Shown: piece after piece, positions 40,684-50,554 of the stretch
Numbering within the stretch: the first letter of the stretch is position 1
Layout: the number at the start of each line of letters is the position of its first letter
DNA from: Polyangiales bacterium
GTDB taxonomy: Bacteria; Myxococcota_A; Polyangia; Polyangiales; Polyangiaceae
Length of the DNA: 64,000 bases
Assembly (NCBI GenBank): GCA_038231275.1
Contig: JBBRLQ010000004.1
Location: 192,001 to 256,000 of the forward strand
Reading direction: 5' to 3'
The notes under the pieces: generated by a model
The model's input: the letters and a program-made list of their open reading frames with translations, nothing else
Database searches by the model: none
What the model was told of the DNA's origin: nothing
Program-made: the position numbers and the translations under genes

Positions 40684-40755
40684 AGCCGCCCTGGGGATTT
40701 GAACCCCAGACCTGCGGTTTACGAAACCGCTGCTCTACCCCTGAGCTAGGGCGGC
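40684..40755 (-). tRNA. tRNA-Thr(CGT)
   Basis: GCCGCCCTAGCTCAGGGGTAGAGCAGCGGTTTCGTAAACCGCAGGTCTGGGGTTCAAATCCCCAGGGCGGCT folds as a cloverleaf; CCA not encoded. Confidence 0.97.
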
Positions 40756-40873
40756 GAGGAAGCACCGCGCAAAGAACACAAAGAACGACCTGACGTCAAC
40801 GAAATCCGCAGCTTGACCGTGCGGACGCGCCGAATTCAGGCCGGTTTGTGGCGGCGTTTTTTGGGGTGGTCCT

Positions 40874-42433
40874 TCACGCGACCGCCGAGCGCGATGCGCG
40901 CGCGGCGACACGCGACGCGGCGAGGCGGCTCAGCGCCATGATCGAGTGCTGCGGGTTCACGCCGAGGTTGGTCGGGAAGATGCTCGAGTCGACGACGTAG
41001 AGCTCCTCTGCCTCGTGGCACGCGAAGTCGAGGCCGACGACGCTCGTCCTCGGATCGGGCCCCATGCGCGCGGCGCCGAAGAGGTGCGTCGCGATGAACG
41101 AGTACGCGCGCGGATCGAGCGGCGCCTCCTCGATGAGCTTCACGTCGTCGATCGATCGCAAGACGTACGGCACGCCATAGATGCCCGGCCAGACCTCGCG
41201 CGCGCCAGCCTCGAAGAGCATGCGGCCGAGGAGCGCGCAGGCCTTTCGCGTCGCGCGCAGATCGTTCTCGGTGAGCGTGAGGCGGACGACGTCTCCCCCG
41301 CCCCAGCCTGGGCGGACGGTGCCCTCGGCTTCGGCGCGGACTTGGACGGCCCACACCGCGACGTCGCCGAAGCGGGCCATGCGCGCGGCGAGCTCGGAGC
41401 CCACGCCGGGGATGCGCGCGGCGGCGAGCTCGGGGGGCATCGAGATCGTCTCGAGCTTGAAGCGATCGCTCTTTCGGAAGTGGATGCTCTCGGCGCCTTG
41501 CGTCGCGCCGAAGCTCATGTCGACGCGCTGCTTCATCAGGCCGCCGAGCGCGAGGCCGGGGTGCGCCTGGAAGTGCTCGCCGAGCGCGCGCGAGCGGATG
41601 CCGCTGCGACGGAGCAGGTTGGGCGTCTGCACCGTGCTGGCCGCGACGAAGACGCCGCGACGCGCGCGCAGGCGGACCGCGTGACCTCCGTGTCCGCGCG
41701 CGATGACGCCGACGGCGCGACGGCCGCGCACCTCGACCCGCTCGGCGCGGCAGCTCGTGAAGATGCGCGCCCCTTTGGCGAGCGCCCACGGCACGTAGCT
41801 GATGTTCATGCCTTGCTTCTTGCCGTCCGCGCAGCCGGTGAGGCAGTTGCCGCTGCCGATGCAGCCCTTGTCGTAGCGACGCATCGGCGCGGCTTCGATG
41901 CCGTTCTTACGCGCTTGCTCGAGGAAAAGGCGGTTGTTCTCGCCGAGCACGTCGTCCGCGACGCTCTGGACGTGGAGATCTCTTTCGAGCGCGTCGAAGT
42001 GCGGGTCGAGATCCTTCATGGTGATCGCGGTGCCGAGGCCGAAGCGCGCGGACCAGTCGTCGACGACGTCCTCAGGAGTGCGCCACACGATGGCGGAGTT
42101 GACGACGGTGCTGCCGCCGACGCACCTCCCCTGGATCATCGGCATGTAGGCGCGGCCCTTCAGGACCTGGAGACCGTTGTCGCGCATGATGCGATCGAAG
42201 GCGCCGCGGACGTCGGAGCCGAAGTCGCGCGTCTTCACCCATGGGCCCTCTTCGAGGATGCCGACCGAGTAGCCCGCCGACGCGAGCGTGTGCGCCGCGA
42301 CCGCGCCGCCCGCGCCCGAGCCGATGACGACGTAGTCGAACGCCTCGTCGACGTCGCGGGTGAGAGCGAGGCCGTCGACGACGGCGCCTTGCGGAAGATC
42401 TTCGTCGGGGAAGCGATCAGGCGACGGCGGCAT
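40874..42433 (-). CDS. GMC-family FAD oxidoreductase
   Basis: VIGSGAGG, GRCVGGSTVVN, CIGSGNCLTGC, HLFG, VDSSIFPTNLGVNPQ. Confidence 0.92.
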   Translation of the reverse strand: MPPSPDRFPDEDLPQGAVVDGLALTRDVDEAFDYVVIGSGAGGAVAAHTLASAGYSVGILEEGPWVKTRDFGSDVRGAFDRIMRDNGLQVLKGRAYMPMIQGRCVGGSTVVNSAIVWRTPEDVVDDWSARFGLGTAITMKDLDPHFDALERDLHVQSVADDVLGENNRLFLEQARKNGIEAAPMRRYDKGCIGSGNCLTGCADGKKQGMNISYVPWALAKGARIFTSCRAERVEVRGRRAVGVIARGHGGHAVRLRARRGVFVAASTVQTPNLLRRSGIRSRALGEHFQAHPGLALGGLMKQRVDMSFGATQGAESIHFRKSDRFKLETISMPPELAAARIPGVGSELAARMARFGDVAVWAVQVRAEAEGTVRPGWGGGDVVRLTLTENDLRATRKACALLGRMLFEAGAREVWPGIYGVPYVLRSIDDVKLIEEAPLDPRAYSFIATHLFGAARMGPDPRTSVVGLDFACHEAEELYVVDSSIFPTNLGVNPQHSIMALSRLAASRVAARASRSAVA

Positions 42434-42911
42434 GGGGCTTCTGCTTTTCGTTGGGGGTCTCGGGCGCGGGCGCGGACGGGCGGAGGCTGCGCGGAGCTTT
42501 TCGGACGATGCGCGAGGGCGTGAGCAGCGGCTCGCTCGGCCCGAGGAGGCGCGCGCGCACCGTGGGATCGCCTGCGTAGAGGAGCGCGGCGACCGCCTTG
42601 AGCGCGAGGAGGAGCTGACGCACGGCGTAGAACCGGCTCGTCGCGAGCGCGACGAGGACGAGCTCACGATCGGACGGCGCGAGGCCATGCAGCGTCACGA
42701 GGCGTCGCAGGACGAAGATGGGCGCGAGCGCGACGATCCAGATCGCGAGGCGGACGCCGATCACCGGCTCGAGCGGGATGCGGGCGAGCGTGTCCTTGAC
42801 GTAGCCGTCGATGTCCATCGTCGCGATGCCCTGATCTCCCGGGAAAATGGCGATGAACGCGTCCTTCGCGCAAGCGAGCTCGAAGCGGGTCAAGCGGCGG
42901 AGCGGGCTCAC
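42417..42911 (-). CDS. hypothetical protein, possible small partner of the GMC oxidoreductase
   Basis: overlaps both neighbours in an operon; helical, hydrophobic. Confidence 0.7.
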   Translation of the reverse strand: MSPLRRLTRFELACAKDAFIAIFPGDQGIATMDIDGYVKDTLARIPLEPVIGVRLAIWIVALAPIFVLRRLVTLHGLAPSDRELVLVALATSRFYAVRQLLLALKAVAALLYAGDPTVRARLLGPSEPLLTPSRIVRKAPRSLRPSAPAPETPNEKQKPHAAVA

Positions 42912-43780
42912 GAGCGACCTCCTTTGGGCTTCTTGGTCTCCTTGGCCGGCTTCTTCGGCTTGGCGCTGCTACTGCGAGGCGTGACTTCGCGCGCGTGGGC
43001 TGGCGCGTTGCGGCGCCACCAGTCTTCGTCGATCGCCTCGAGCGCGCGGCGGACGGTGACACGCGCGGCGTCCTCGTCGCCGGCCTCGACGAGCGCGATG
43101 CACGCTTCGTAGAACGCGAGCGACTCGGCGCGGCGATCGTAGAGCGACGCCGTGAGCTCCGGGAACTCCTCGGGCAGGCGCGCGAACGAGTTGAGGAGGA
43201 GCTCGAGGCCGACGTTGCCCGACGCGTGAACGACCGCGCGCTGGAACGCGACGTCGCCGCGCGCGAAGGTGATCGGATCGGCGACCCGGGGACCTTGCTC
43301 GGCGGCGAGCGCGCGCATCGTCGCGATGTCGTCGTCCTTGTGACGCGAGGCCGCAAGCGCGATGCCCTCGCTCGCGAGGACGCGGCGGAGCTCCAGCATC
43401 GAGTCGAGCAACTCGCGGTACGTCGGCTCCCACGGCTCGAGCGATCCGATGAGCGTCGCCAAGGCATCCAGCCCTGCGCGCTCACGCCACGACGCGACGA
43501 GCGTGCCGGCGCCGTGCCGGGTCGTGACGAGCCCCTGCGCTTCCAACCGCGCGAGCGCGGCGCGGAGGGTCAATCGATTCACCCCCAGCGCGAGGGAGAG
43601 CTCGCGCTCCGAAGGCAACCGCGATCCGGCGGCGATGCGCCCACCGAGGATCTCGTTTTGAAGTCGCGTGGCGACGGCGTCGACGACGCTCGAACGAGCG
43701 ACGGGGCCGATGGCGGCGAGCGTCTCGCTGGGATCGGAGAGGCCACGGGGAGCGATGACAGGCGGGGGTTGATTTTTCAT
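42908..43780 (-). CDS. GntR/FadR-family transcriptional regulator
   Basis: [41 protein letters not shown]-like C-terminus. Confidence 0.92.
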   Translation of the reverse strand: MKNQPPPVIAPRGLSDPSETLAAIGPVARSSVVDAVATRLQNEILGGRIAAGSRLPSERELSLALGVNRLTLRAALARLEAQGLVTTRHGAGTLVASWRERAGLDALATLIGSLEPWEPTYRELLDSMLELRRVLASEGIALAASRHKDDDIATMRALAAEQGPRVADPITFARGDVAFQRAVVHASGNVGLELLLNSFARLPEEFPELTASLYDRRAESLAFYEACIALVEAGDEDAARVTVRRALEAIDEDWWRRNAPAHAREVTPRSSSAKPKKPAKETKKPKGGRS

Positions 43781-43790
43781 TCGGTCGTCC

Positions 43791-43805
43791 AGTGGTTGAA
43801 CCAGT
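43791..43805. promoter_or_regulatory. FadR-type operator
   Basis: TGGTT-G-AACCA palindrome just upstream of the GntR start, matching the TGGT-N3-ACCA type. Confidence 0.65.
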
Positions 43806-43890
43806 TAACATGCGAATGAGCGGTGCGCAATTGATTTCGCACCGCCGCCTCCCCTCCGACTCCGATTCCGATCCTGGTACCGTTTCGCCC

Positions 43891-44925
43891 ATGATCGACC
43901 TGCGATCCGACACCGTCACCCGCCCCACCGCCGCGATGCGCGAGGCCATCGCGCGCGCGGAGGTCGGCGACGACGTGTTCGGTGAAGACCCCAGCGCCCT
44001 CGCGCTCGAGGCCGAGGTCGCGCGCATCACGGGAAAGGAAGCAGCGCTCTTCGTCTCGACGGGCACGATGGGCAACCAGCTCGCGATCGCCTGCCAGACG
44101 CGGCCCGGAAACGAGGTCTACGTCGGCCCCGGCGCGCACGTCGCGTGGTACGAGAACGGAGCCACCGCGGTCTTGAGCGGCGTCCAGCTCGCCGTCTGCG
44201 GCGCCGACGTATTTTTCACCGCCGACGAGCTGGACGCGCAGATCAAACCGCACGCCTATTGGTCGCCGCAGCCGGCGCTCGTGTGCATCGAGAACACGCA
44301 CAACCGCGGCGGCGGGCGCGTGTTCCCGCAGTCCGACGCCATCGCGATCGCCGCGCGCGCAAAGGCGCGAGGCATGTTCGCGCACGTCGATGGCGCGCGG
44401 ATCTGGAACGCATCGGTGTCGACGCGGCTGTCGGTCGCCGAGCTGTGCGCGCCGTTCGACACGGCGAGCGTGTGCTTCTCGAAGGGGCTCGGCGCGCCGG
44501 CGGGCAGCGCGCTATGCGGGACGCGTGAGCTCATCGAGCGCGCGCGGCGCTTCCGCAAGATGTGGGGCGGCGGGATGCGGCAGGTCGGCGTTCTCGCTTC
44601 CGCGGCGCTCTACGCCCTCACGCACCACCGCGCGCGCCTCGCCGAGGATCATGCAAACGCCCGCGCCTTCGCCGAGGCCGTGGGAAAGCTCCCGCGCGCC
44701 CACGTCGATCTCGCGAGCGTCGAGACCAACATCGTCAACGTCGATCTGGACGCGCCGCTCCTCGCCGACGACGTCTCCAAGGCCGCGCGCGGGCTGGGGC
44801 TCGTCATCAACCCTTCGGGTGCGCGCCGCCTCCGCGCGGTGACCCACCTCGACGTGTCGAGCGCGCAGGTGCTCGAGGGCGCGGCGATCCTCGGCCGCGT
44901 GATCGCGCAGGCCGCCGCACGATGA
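43891..44925 (+). CDS. ltaE: low-specificity L-threonine aldolase
   Basis: [45 protein letters not shown]. Confidence 0.93.
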   Translation: MIDLRSDTVTRPTAAMREAIARAEVGDDVFGEDPSALALEAEVARITGKEAALFVSTGTMGNQLAIACQTRPGNEVYVGPGAHVAWYENGATAVLSGVQLAVCGADVFFTADELDAQIKPHAYWSPQPALVCIENTHNRGGGRVFPQSDAIAIAARAKARGMFAHVDGARIWNASVSTRLSVAELCAPFDTASVCFSKGLGAPAGSALCGTRELIERARRFRKMWGGGMRQVGVLASAALYALTHHRARLAEDHANARAFAEAVGKLPRAHVDLASVETNIVNVDLDAPLLADDVSKAARGLGLVINPSGARRLRAVTHLDVSSAQVLEGAAILGRVIAQAAAR

Positions 44926-44932
44926 GGGCGGC

Positions 44933-46030
44933 GTGAGGCTCACTGCCCTGGGTTTGGCGCCGCTCGTGCTGTACGCGTCGCTCGCGCTCGCAGGCTCGGG
45001 CTGCGCGCCGCAGCGGGGCAGCGCGTTCGAGCGATCGCTCGCGGAAGCGCGGCGCGCCGAGACCGCCGGTCGATTCGCCGAGGCCGCCGGGAGCTACGAC
45101 GCCGCCGCCGGCTCCGCCCAAGTCCCTCGCGACGCCACGCACGCGAAGTACCTCGCGGCGTTGATGCTCGCCCGCGGTGGCGCGCGTGCGGACGCCCTCG
45201 TTCGACTCGACGTCATCGCGGCCGCGCAGCCGCCCCAGGCAGACTCGGCCAGCGCCGCCCTCCGCGCCGCCGATCTGCGGATCGCCGCCGGCGACGACGA
45301 GGGCTGGCGCAGGCTCGAAGCGCTCCTCCACGCGTTTCCCGCGAGCGGCGTCGCGCGCCCCGCGCTGCATCGCGTGCTCCGTCACGACGACGACACCATC
45401 GGCATCCCCGCAGCAATCGCCCACGTGCGCGTGCTCCAAAAGACCCTCGGCGATACCGATCTCGGCGAATCGCTGGCCTACGAGGCCGCGCTTCGCCTCG
45501 CGGAGACCGGCGACACGCGCGGCGCCCGCGACGCCTTCGTCGACGTCGCCACGCGCTGGCCTTACCCCGGCGGCTCCCTCTTCGACGACGCCCTCTTCCG
45601 CGCGAGCGAGCTCGACGAGAAGCTCGGGCGCTTCGACGACGCCGCGCGCGATCTGGAGCGCCTCCTCGACGAACGCGAGGTCGCGCAGCTCTCGGGCAGC
45701 TACCAGCGCCCGCGCTACAGCTCTGCCCTCTTTCGCCTCGCGACGCTCTATCGCGACAAGCTCAAGGACAAAGAGCGCGCGCGCCAGGCGTTCCATCGCC
45801 TCTACGCCGACTTCACGACGTCGATCCTTCGCGACGACGCGCTCTGGCAAGAGGCCGCCCTCTGGCGCGAGGACGGCGACACGGGCACCGCGTGCGAGCG
45901 ACTCGCGTCGCTGGCCGAGGACATCCCCGACTCGCGCTACGTGCCGTGCGCCATGCAGCTTTGCCCACGTGTGAAGCGCGCGGCGAAGAGCAAGGCGCCG
46001 GCCGAGTGCCACCCGTACATTCAGCGGTAG
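44933..46030 (+). CDS. TPR-repeat lipoprotein
   Basis: signal peptide with GSGC; repeated DDALF/DDALW TPR-like units. Confidence 0.8.
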   Translation: MRLTALGLAPLVLYASLALAGSGCAPQRGSAFERSLAEARRAETAGRFAEAAGSYDAAAGSAQVPRDATHAKYLAALMLARGGARADALVRLDVIAAAQPPQADSASAALRAADLRIAAGDDEGWRRLEALLHAFPASGVARPALHRVLRHDDDTIGIPAAIAHVRVLQKTLGDTDLGESLAYEAALRLAETGDTRGARDAFVDVATRWPYPGGSLFDDALFRASELDEKLGRFDDAARDLERLLDEREVAQLSGSYQRPRYSSALFRLATLYRDKLKDKERARQAFHRLYADFTTSILRDDALWQEAALWREDGDTGTACERLASLAEDIPDSRYVPCAMQLCPRVKRAAKSKAPAECHPYIQR

Positions 46031-46112
46031 GGCAACACCCGGTAGAGGGCGCGCGCCATCCCGCGCGCGGATCCAGAAGAAGCAGAAGCAGACGAGGCAG
46101 AAAAAGGAGACC

Positions 46113-46532
46113 TTACGGCGCCTTTTCTTCCTCCTCCTCCTCTTCCTCTTCGTCGTCGTCCTCGTCTTCGTCTTCGTCGAGGTCGTCGTCGAGATCGTCG
46201 AGGTCTTCCTTGCCGTCGTCTTCGGCTTCCGGCTCCTCGTCGGGCTCGGCGCCCTTCTTCTCGAATTTGACGTCGACGCCGACGTCGCCGAGCTGCGCGT
46301 CGATGAGCTCGAAGAGCTCGTCCACGTCGTCGCCGGACCACTCGTCGAGCATGTCGGTCAAAAATTCGAAGAAGTCCCCATTGTCGAGGCGACGCTCGAT
46401 TTCTTCGACTTGCTCTTCGGAGAACGCTTCGAGGATGTCTTCCCGAAGTGTCTCCGTGTCGCCCTCCTCAATCGCATCTTGTGCCGAGAGACGGATCTGC
46501 CGGACGGCGCGTTTGTCGAGGTGGATCTCCAT
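46113..46532 (-). CDS. small hyper-acidic hypothetical protein
   Basis: ATG 46532 after GGAGAAAGG; 139 aa with roughly 45% D/E. Confidence 0.8.
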   Translation of the reverse strand: MEIHLDKRAVRQIRLSAQDAIEEGDTETLREDILEAFSEEQVEEIERRLDNGDFFEFLTDMLDEWSGDDVDELFELIDAQLGDVGVDVKFEKKGAEPDEEPEAEDDGKEDLDDLDDDLDEDEDEDDDEEEEEEEEEKAP

Positions 46533-46653
46533 GAACCTTTCTCCGCCTGCCTCGGATACGCGAGCGAGTCCGGCGCTGTCAATACGATGAACGCGATGAG
46601 CGATCGATGAGTGACACTTGCCTCCCCGGCCGCGTACGTCCACTCTATTCGTC

Positions 46654-47358
46654 GTGCGAACCGCACTGCACGTTGCCCTTGCGCTCCCCGGCGTTTTCGT
46701 GTTCGGCGTGGAAGCGCGCGCGCACGCCGACGATGTGGACTCCGACGTCCCGGATCTCACCGATCTTCAGGTCAAAGGCGCGGCGACGGTTCCGCCGCCG
46801 TCGACCACTCGCTATTTGCAGTACGGCCCGGCGCTCACCGCCGAGCTGATCGGCGTCCTTTCCACGCCGGGCGCGATGTGCAGCCAGGCGGTCAGCGCAA
46901 ACGGCCAGCCGGAGAGCACGTGCATCCTCGGCGGCGGCGGCGGCGTCGCGTGGCGCACCGGCGTTCGCGTCGCCGGACCCTGGTATTTCGGCGGGGCGTA
47001 CGCGCTTTCGAAGCAGGATTCGAACAAGATCATGCGGCTCCCAATCTTGCAGCAGCTGCGGGGCGAGGCGCGGTACTACGTGCGGCCGGATTATCAAACG
47101 CAGCCCTACGGCGCGTTCGGCCTGGGATTGGCCGCGTACGGGAACGAAGGAGCGTTCACCGATTCGCTCGGCCCCCTCGCGTTCCTGGGCGCCGGCGTCG
47201 AGACGCAGCTCTCGCAACGGTATGTCCTCGTCGCGGGCCTGGCGTACCGCGCGATGCTCTTCAACAAGTTCACCGACTCGAGCGGGGCGCTTCGCCCTTC
47301 GGGTATCACAACGTCGTTTGCGCTCGAATTCGGCCTCGAGTCACGCGATCCGCTCTGA
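46654..47358 (+). CDS. outer-membrane beta-barrel-like protein
   Basis: signal peptide ending AHA-DD; amphipathic strands (QPYGAFGLG, FLGAGVETQ, FALEFGLE); start uncertain. Confidence 0.6.
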   Translation: MRTALHVALALPGVFVFGVEARAHADDVDSDVPDLTDLQVKGAATVPPPSTTRYLQYGPALTAELIGVLSTPGAMCSQAVSANGQPESTCILGGGGGVAWRTGVRVAGPWYFGGAYALSKQDSNKIMRLPILQQLRGEARYYVRPDYQTQPYGAFGLGLAAYGNEGAFTDSLGPLAFLGAGVETQLSQRYVLVAGLAYRAMLFNKFTDSSGALRPSGITTSFALEFGLESRDPL

Positions 47359-47458
47359 TCGTTCGGGTCCGTGAAGGTGGCCCCTCCCGGAGAGGATCGT
47401 CCTTTGGGCAAAGGCTCGCCTTGACGCGGAGGTGGAGGGTGATGTCCCATCACGGGCG

Positions 47459-49240
47459 GTGATCTGCACAACGTGCGGACAAGACAATCCCGCGCACCTG
47501 GTCTTTTGCCAGATGTGCGGACAACGCCTCGGCCCCCGCGTGGTTCCGCCCACGCCGCCGATTGGCATCACGCCGCCCAACATCTCCCCCGCCGCGGGCA
47601 CGATGGCGATGCCCGCGCGCCCTGCGATTGCAGAGCCGCCGCGCCCCCCGCCGCCGCCGCCGGCCCCCGCGCAGGTCGCCCCTGCGCGTCCTGCGCCGCC
47701 GAAGCCGAACCTCGCGGCCACGCTCGTGGATCCGCGACCGCCGAACATGGACGACCCGTCCAAACGCGTCTGTCACGTGTGCGCGACGGTGAACGGCCCG
47801 ACGACGCGTTACTGCGAATCGTGTGGGACGACGTTGCTGCCCCCGCTTCCGAAGCCTGGGCCTGCGGCTGCGCCTGCAACTCCCGCCGCGTTCGCACCGA
47901 CTCCAACGCCGCCGGATGCGCCGCCGATTCCGCCCGCGCCACCGACGGACGGAAACCTGCGCACCGCGGCAATGGCGCAGCAGATGTACCCGGGTCTCCC
48001 GGTCGGCGCTCCTGCGCAGCCCGGCGCCGCGCCCGCACCCCCGTCCGCGTCTCAGGGAGAAATTCAGCCCGGCCGCGTCGTCGATCTCGGCGCCGCGCCG
48101 TTGCCGGCGACGAGCAGCAGCAGCGTTCGTGTCTGCCCGCGCTGTCGCGGGACATCGGAAGCGACCGCGCTCTTCTGCCGGTTCTGCGGAGGATCGCTCG
48201 CCGAAGCGATCGCGCCGCCCTCGGCACCCGCTCCGACCGTGGCGCGTCCGCCCGAGCAGCTCCCTCAGTCGCAGCGCATGACGACCTCGCCGCCCACCCC
48301 GGCCCCCGCGCCGTCGCCGCTCGTCCAGGCTCCGCCGCCCCCGCCGCCCCCGCCGCCCCCGCCGCCCCCGCCGCAGCCACCGCCTCCACAGCCTTCACCG
48401 CCCGCGGCGCCGCTTCCGCTTCCGCCGCCACCGCCACCGCCACCGCCGCCTCCCGTCATCGCCGCCGCGCCGCACGCGCTGCCCGTGGAGGCGCCGGCTC
48501 CGCTCATCGGCAGGCTCGTCCTCGTCGCGAAGGACGGCGGCGAAGGTCCTTCGTATCCCCTCCTCGACACGGTCGACATCGGCCGCGCCGAGGGCAACAT
48601 CGTCATCGCAGACGACAAGTACCTGAGCCCCCGCCACGCGCGCGTCACCCGCCGCGCCGGCAAGCTCTTCTTGCGAGACCTGGCCAGCGTCAACGGCATC
48701 TACGTCCGCCTCGCGCCCCGTGCCGGGGAGAAGGGTCCGGAGTCCCAGGTCCCCCTGAGGGACCAAGATTTGTTCCTGGTCGGACAACAGGTGATAAGGT
48801 TCGAGATTGTGAGGGAAGCCGAGGAGGGGTTGGGCCCTGCCGTGGAGCACGGCACGCTTCTGTTTGGCACCCCCACGACCCGTCTGTACGCTCGGCTCAG
48901 CCAACGCTCGATCGAGGGCGTCACCCGCGACGTGTACTACCTGGCCAAGCAGGAGACCGTCCTCGGCAGGGAATCGGGCGACATCGTGTTCACGGAGGAT
49001 CCCTTCTTGTCTCGCCGTCACGCCGCGATCCGCGCCAATGGGCCCGCCCCCCACCCGCAAGACGGGAAGGCAGGCGATCCCGCCGCGCCCACCTTTACGC
49101 TCGCCGATCTTGGCTCTTCCAACGGCTCCTACATCCAGATTCGAACCGAAGTGCTCCTCGAGGACGGTGATCAGTTCCGCATCGGCCAGCAGCTGTTCCG
49201 CGTGGATCTCACGCGCAACGCTGGGACGACCGGAGCTTGA
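47459..49240 (+). CDS. zinc-ribbon, Pro-rich, double-FHA protein
   Basis: three CxxC..CxxC ribbons; two FHA domains (IGR..LSPRH..SVNG; LGR..LSRRH..SSNG). Confidence 0.88.
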   Translation: MICTTCGQDNPAHLVFCQMCGQRLGPRVVPPTPPIGITPPNISPAAGTMAMPARPAIAEPPRPPPPPPAPAQVAPARPAPPKPNLAATLVDPRPPNMDDPSKRVCHVCATVNGPTTRYCESCGTTLLPPLPKPGPAAAPATPAAFAPTPTPPDAPPIPPAPPTDGNLRTAAMAQQMYPGLPVGAPAQPGAAPAPPSASQGEIQPGRVVDLGAAPLPATSSSSVRVCPRCRGTSEATALFCRFCGGSLAEAIAPPSAPAPTVARPPEQLPQSQRMTTSPPTPAPAPSPLVQAPPPPPPPPPPPPPPQPPPPQPSPPAAPLPLPPPPPPPPPPPVIAAAPHALPVEAPAPLIGRLVLVAKDGGEGPSYPLLDTVDIGRAEGNIVIADDKYLSPRHARVTRRAGKLFLRDLASVNGIYVRLAPRAGEKGPESQVPLRDQDLFLVGQQVIRFEIVREAEEGLGPAVEHGTLLFGTPTTRLYARLSQRSIEGVTRDVYYLAKQETVLGRESGDIVFTEDPFLSRRHAAIRANGPAPHPQDGKAGDPAAPTFTLADLGSSNGSYIQIRTEVLLEDGDQFRIGQQLFRVDLTRNAGTTGA

Positions 49241-50499
49241 GCCATGAGGGGTCGCTCGTGACGCAACCCGAGGGCCCGAAGGGCGTGGAGCACGGGCCGG
49301 ACAGCACGAAGGCGTCCGCGGCCGAGGTGCGCGTGAAGCTCTTCGCGCGTACGGACGTCGGGCAGGTGCGCGAGCACAACGAGGACAATTTCCTCGTCGC
49401 CGACATCACGCGACGCCAGCGAGGTCTCCTCGAGGCGAACCGCACGACGACGATCGGCCACCACGGCGCGCTCTTCGCCGTGTGCGACGGCATGGGCGGC
49501 GCGGCAGCCGGAGAGGTCGCGAGCCAGCTCGCCGTGGACATCCTCTTCGAGCGCATGACCGAGTCGCTCGACGAGACCATCCCCCTCCTCCGCGACGATC
49601 TCGCGCGGCGACTCGTGCGCGCCGTCGAGTCGGCGGGGCTCCGAATCTTCCAAGACGCCAAGGTCGATCGCACGCGCCGCGGCATGGGGACCACGGTCAC
49701 CGCCGCTGCCCTCGTCGACGATCACCTCTTCCTCGCGCAGGTCGGCGACTCGCGCGGCTACGTCCTCCGCGACGGCACCCTCGTGCAGGTCACGCGCGAT
49801 CAGTCGCTCGTGAACCAGCTCATCGAAGCCGGCCAGCTGACGGAAGAAGAAGCCGAGACGTTCGAGCACAACAACATCATCCTCCAAGCGCTCGGCACGA
49901 GCGACACGGTGCAGGTCGACCTCACCTTCGTCGAGCTCCGGCGCGGCGACATCTTGCTCCTCTGCTCGGACGGCTTGTCCGGCATGGTCCGCTTCGACGA
50001 CATTCGCGAGATCTTGAAGGCCGGTCCCGAGCCGATCGACGTTTGCAAGGCGCTCACCGAGCGCGCGAACCAGGCCGGCGGACACGACAACATCACGGTC
50101 ATCGTCGCGCATTTCGACGGAGAGGCGCTGAAGCCCCTCGATCCGGAGACGGCGCCGCTCAAGTACCGCAAGTACTCGCTCCCCGAGGAGACGAACAGCG
50201 ATCTCACCGAGCCGCATCGCCGAAACAGCCTTCGCGACATCGCGCCGAGCGGCAGCGGGATGCCGTCGAACCTGTACACGGCGCCGTCGTCGAGCGGCGC
50301 GGTCGGCGACACGAGCGGTCCGCAGCTCCCGAACAGCAGCGGCCAGGCACCCGGGTGGCACGAACGCGGCGGCGCGCAGCTCTATTCGGAAGAGCGAATC
50401 GACATTCCGGGGACGCACGTGCCCGCGTGGATCGTCGTGGTGCTCGTCGTCGGCGTTGTCGCGCTGCTGAGCGGCACGGCGTTCTTACTGCTTCGCTGA
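49237..50499 (+). CDS. PP2C-family Ser/Thr phosphatase with C-terminal TM helix
   Basis: TDVGQVREHNED, VCDGMGG, VGDSR, CSDGL, GGHDNIT. Confidence 0.93.
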   Translation: MSHEGSLVTQPEGPKGVEHGPDSTKASAAEVRVKLFARTDVGQVREHNEDNFLVADITRRQRGLLEANRTTTIGHHGALFAVCDGMGGAAAGEVASQLAVDILFERMTESLDETIPLLRDDLARRLVRAVESAGLRIFQDAKVDRTRRGMGTTVTAAALVDDHLFLAQVGDSRGYVLRDGTLVQVTRDQSLVNQLIEAGQLTEEEAETFEHNNIILQALGTSDTVQVDLTFVELRRGDILLLCSDGLSGMVRFDDIREILKAGPEPIDVCKALTERANQAGGHDNITVIVAHFDGEALKPLDPETAPLKYRKYSLPEETNSDLTEPHRRNSLRDIAPSGSGMPSNLYTAPSSSGAVGDTSGPQLPNSSGQAPGWHERGGAQLYSEERIDIPGTHVPAWIVVVLVVGVVALLSGTAFLLLR

Positions 50500-50554
50500 C
50501 CGCGCGGGTGCCGGCGAATTCGCCGCGACGCCCGCCCTTGTTGTGTTCGCGGCA

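Noticed and set aside
36453-40755. tRNA-anchored genomic island
   Set aside because: No integrase and no duplicated tRNA 3' end found by eye.
48330-48452. CCG-rich tandem repeats (also CAG runs near 22010-22270)
   Set aside because: They encode poly-Pro and poly-Gln linkers; ordinary low-complexity coding sequence.
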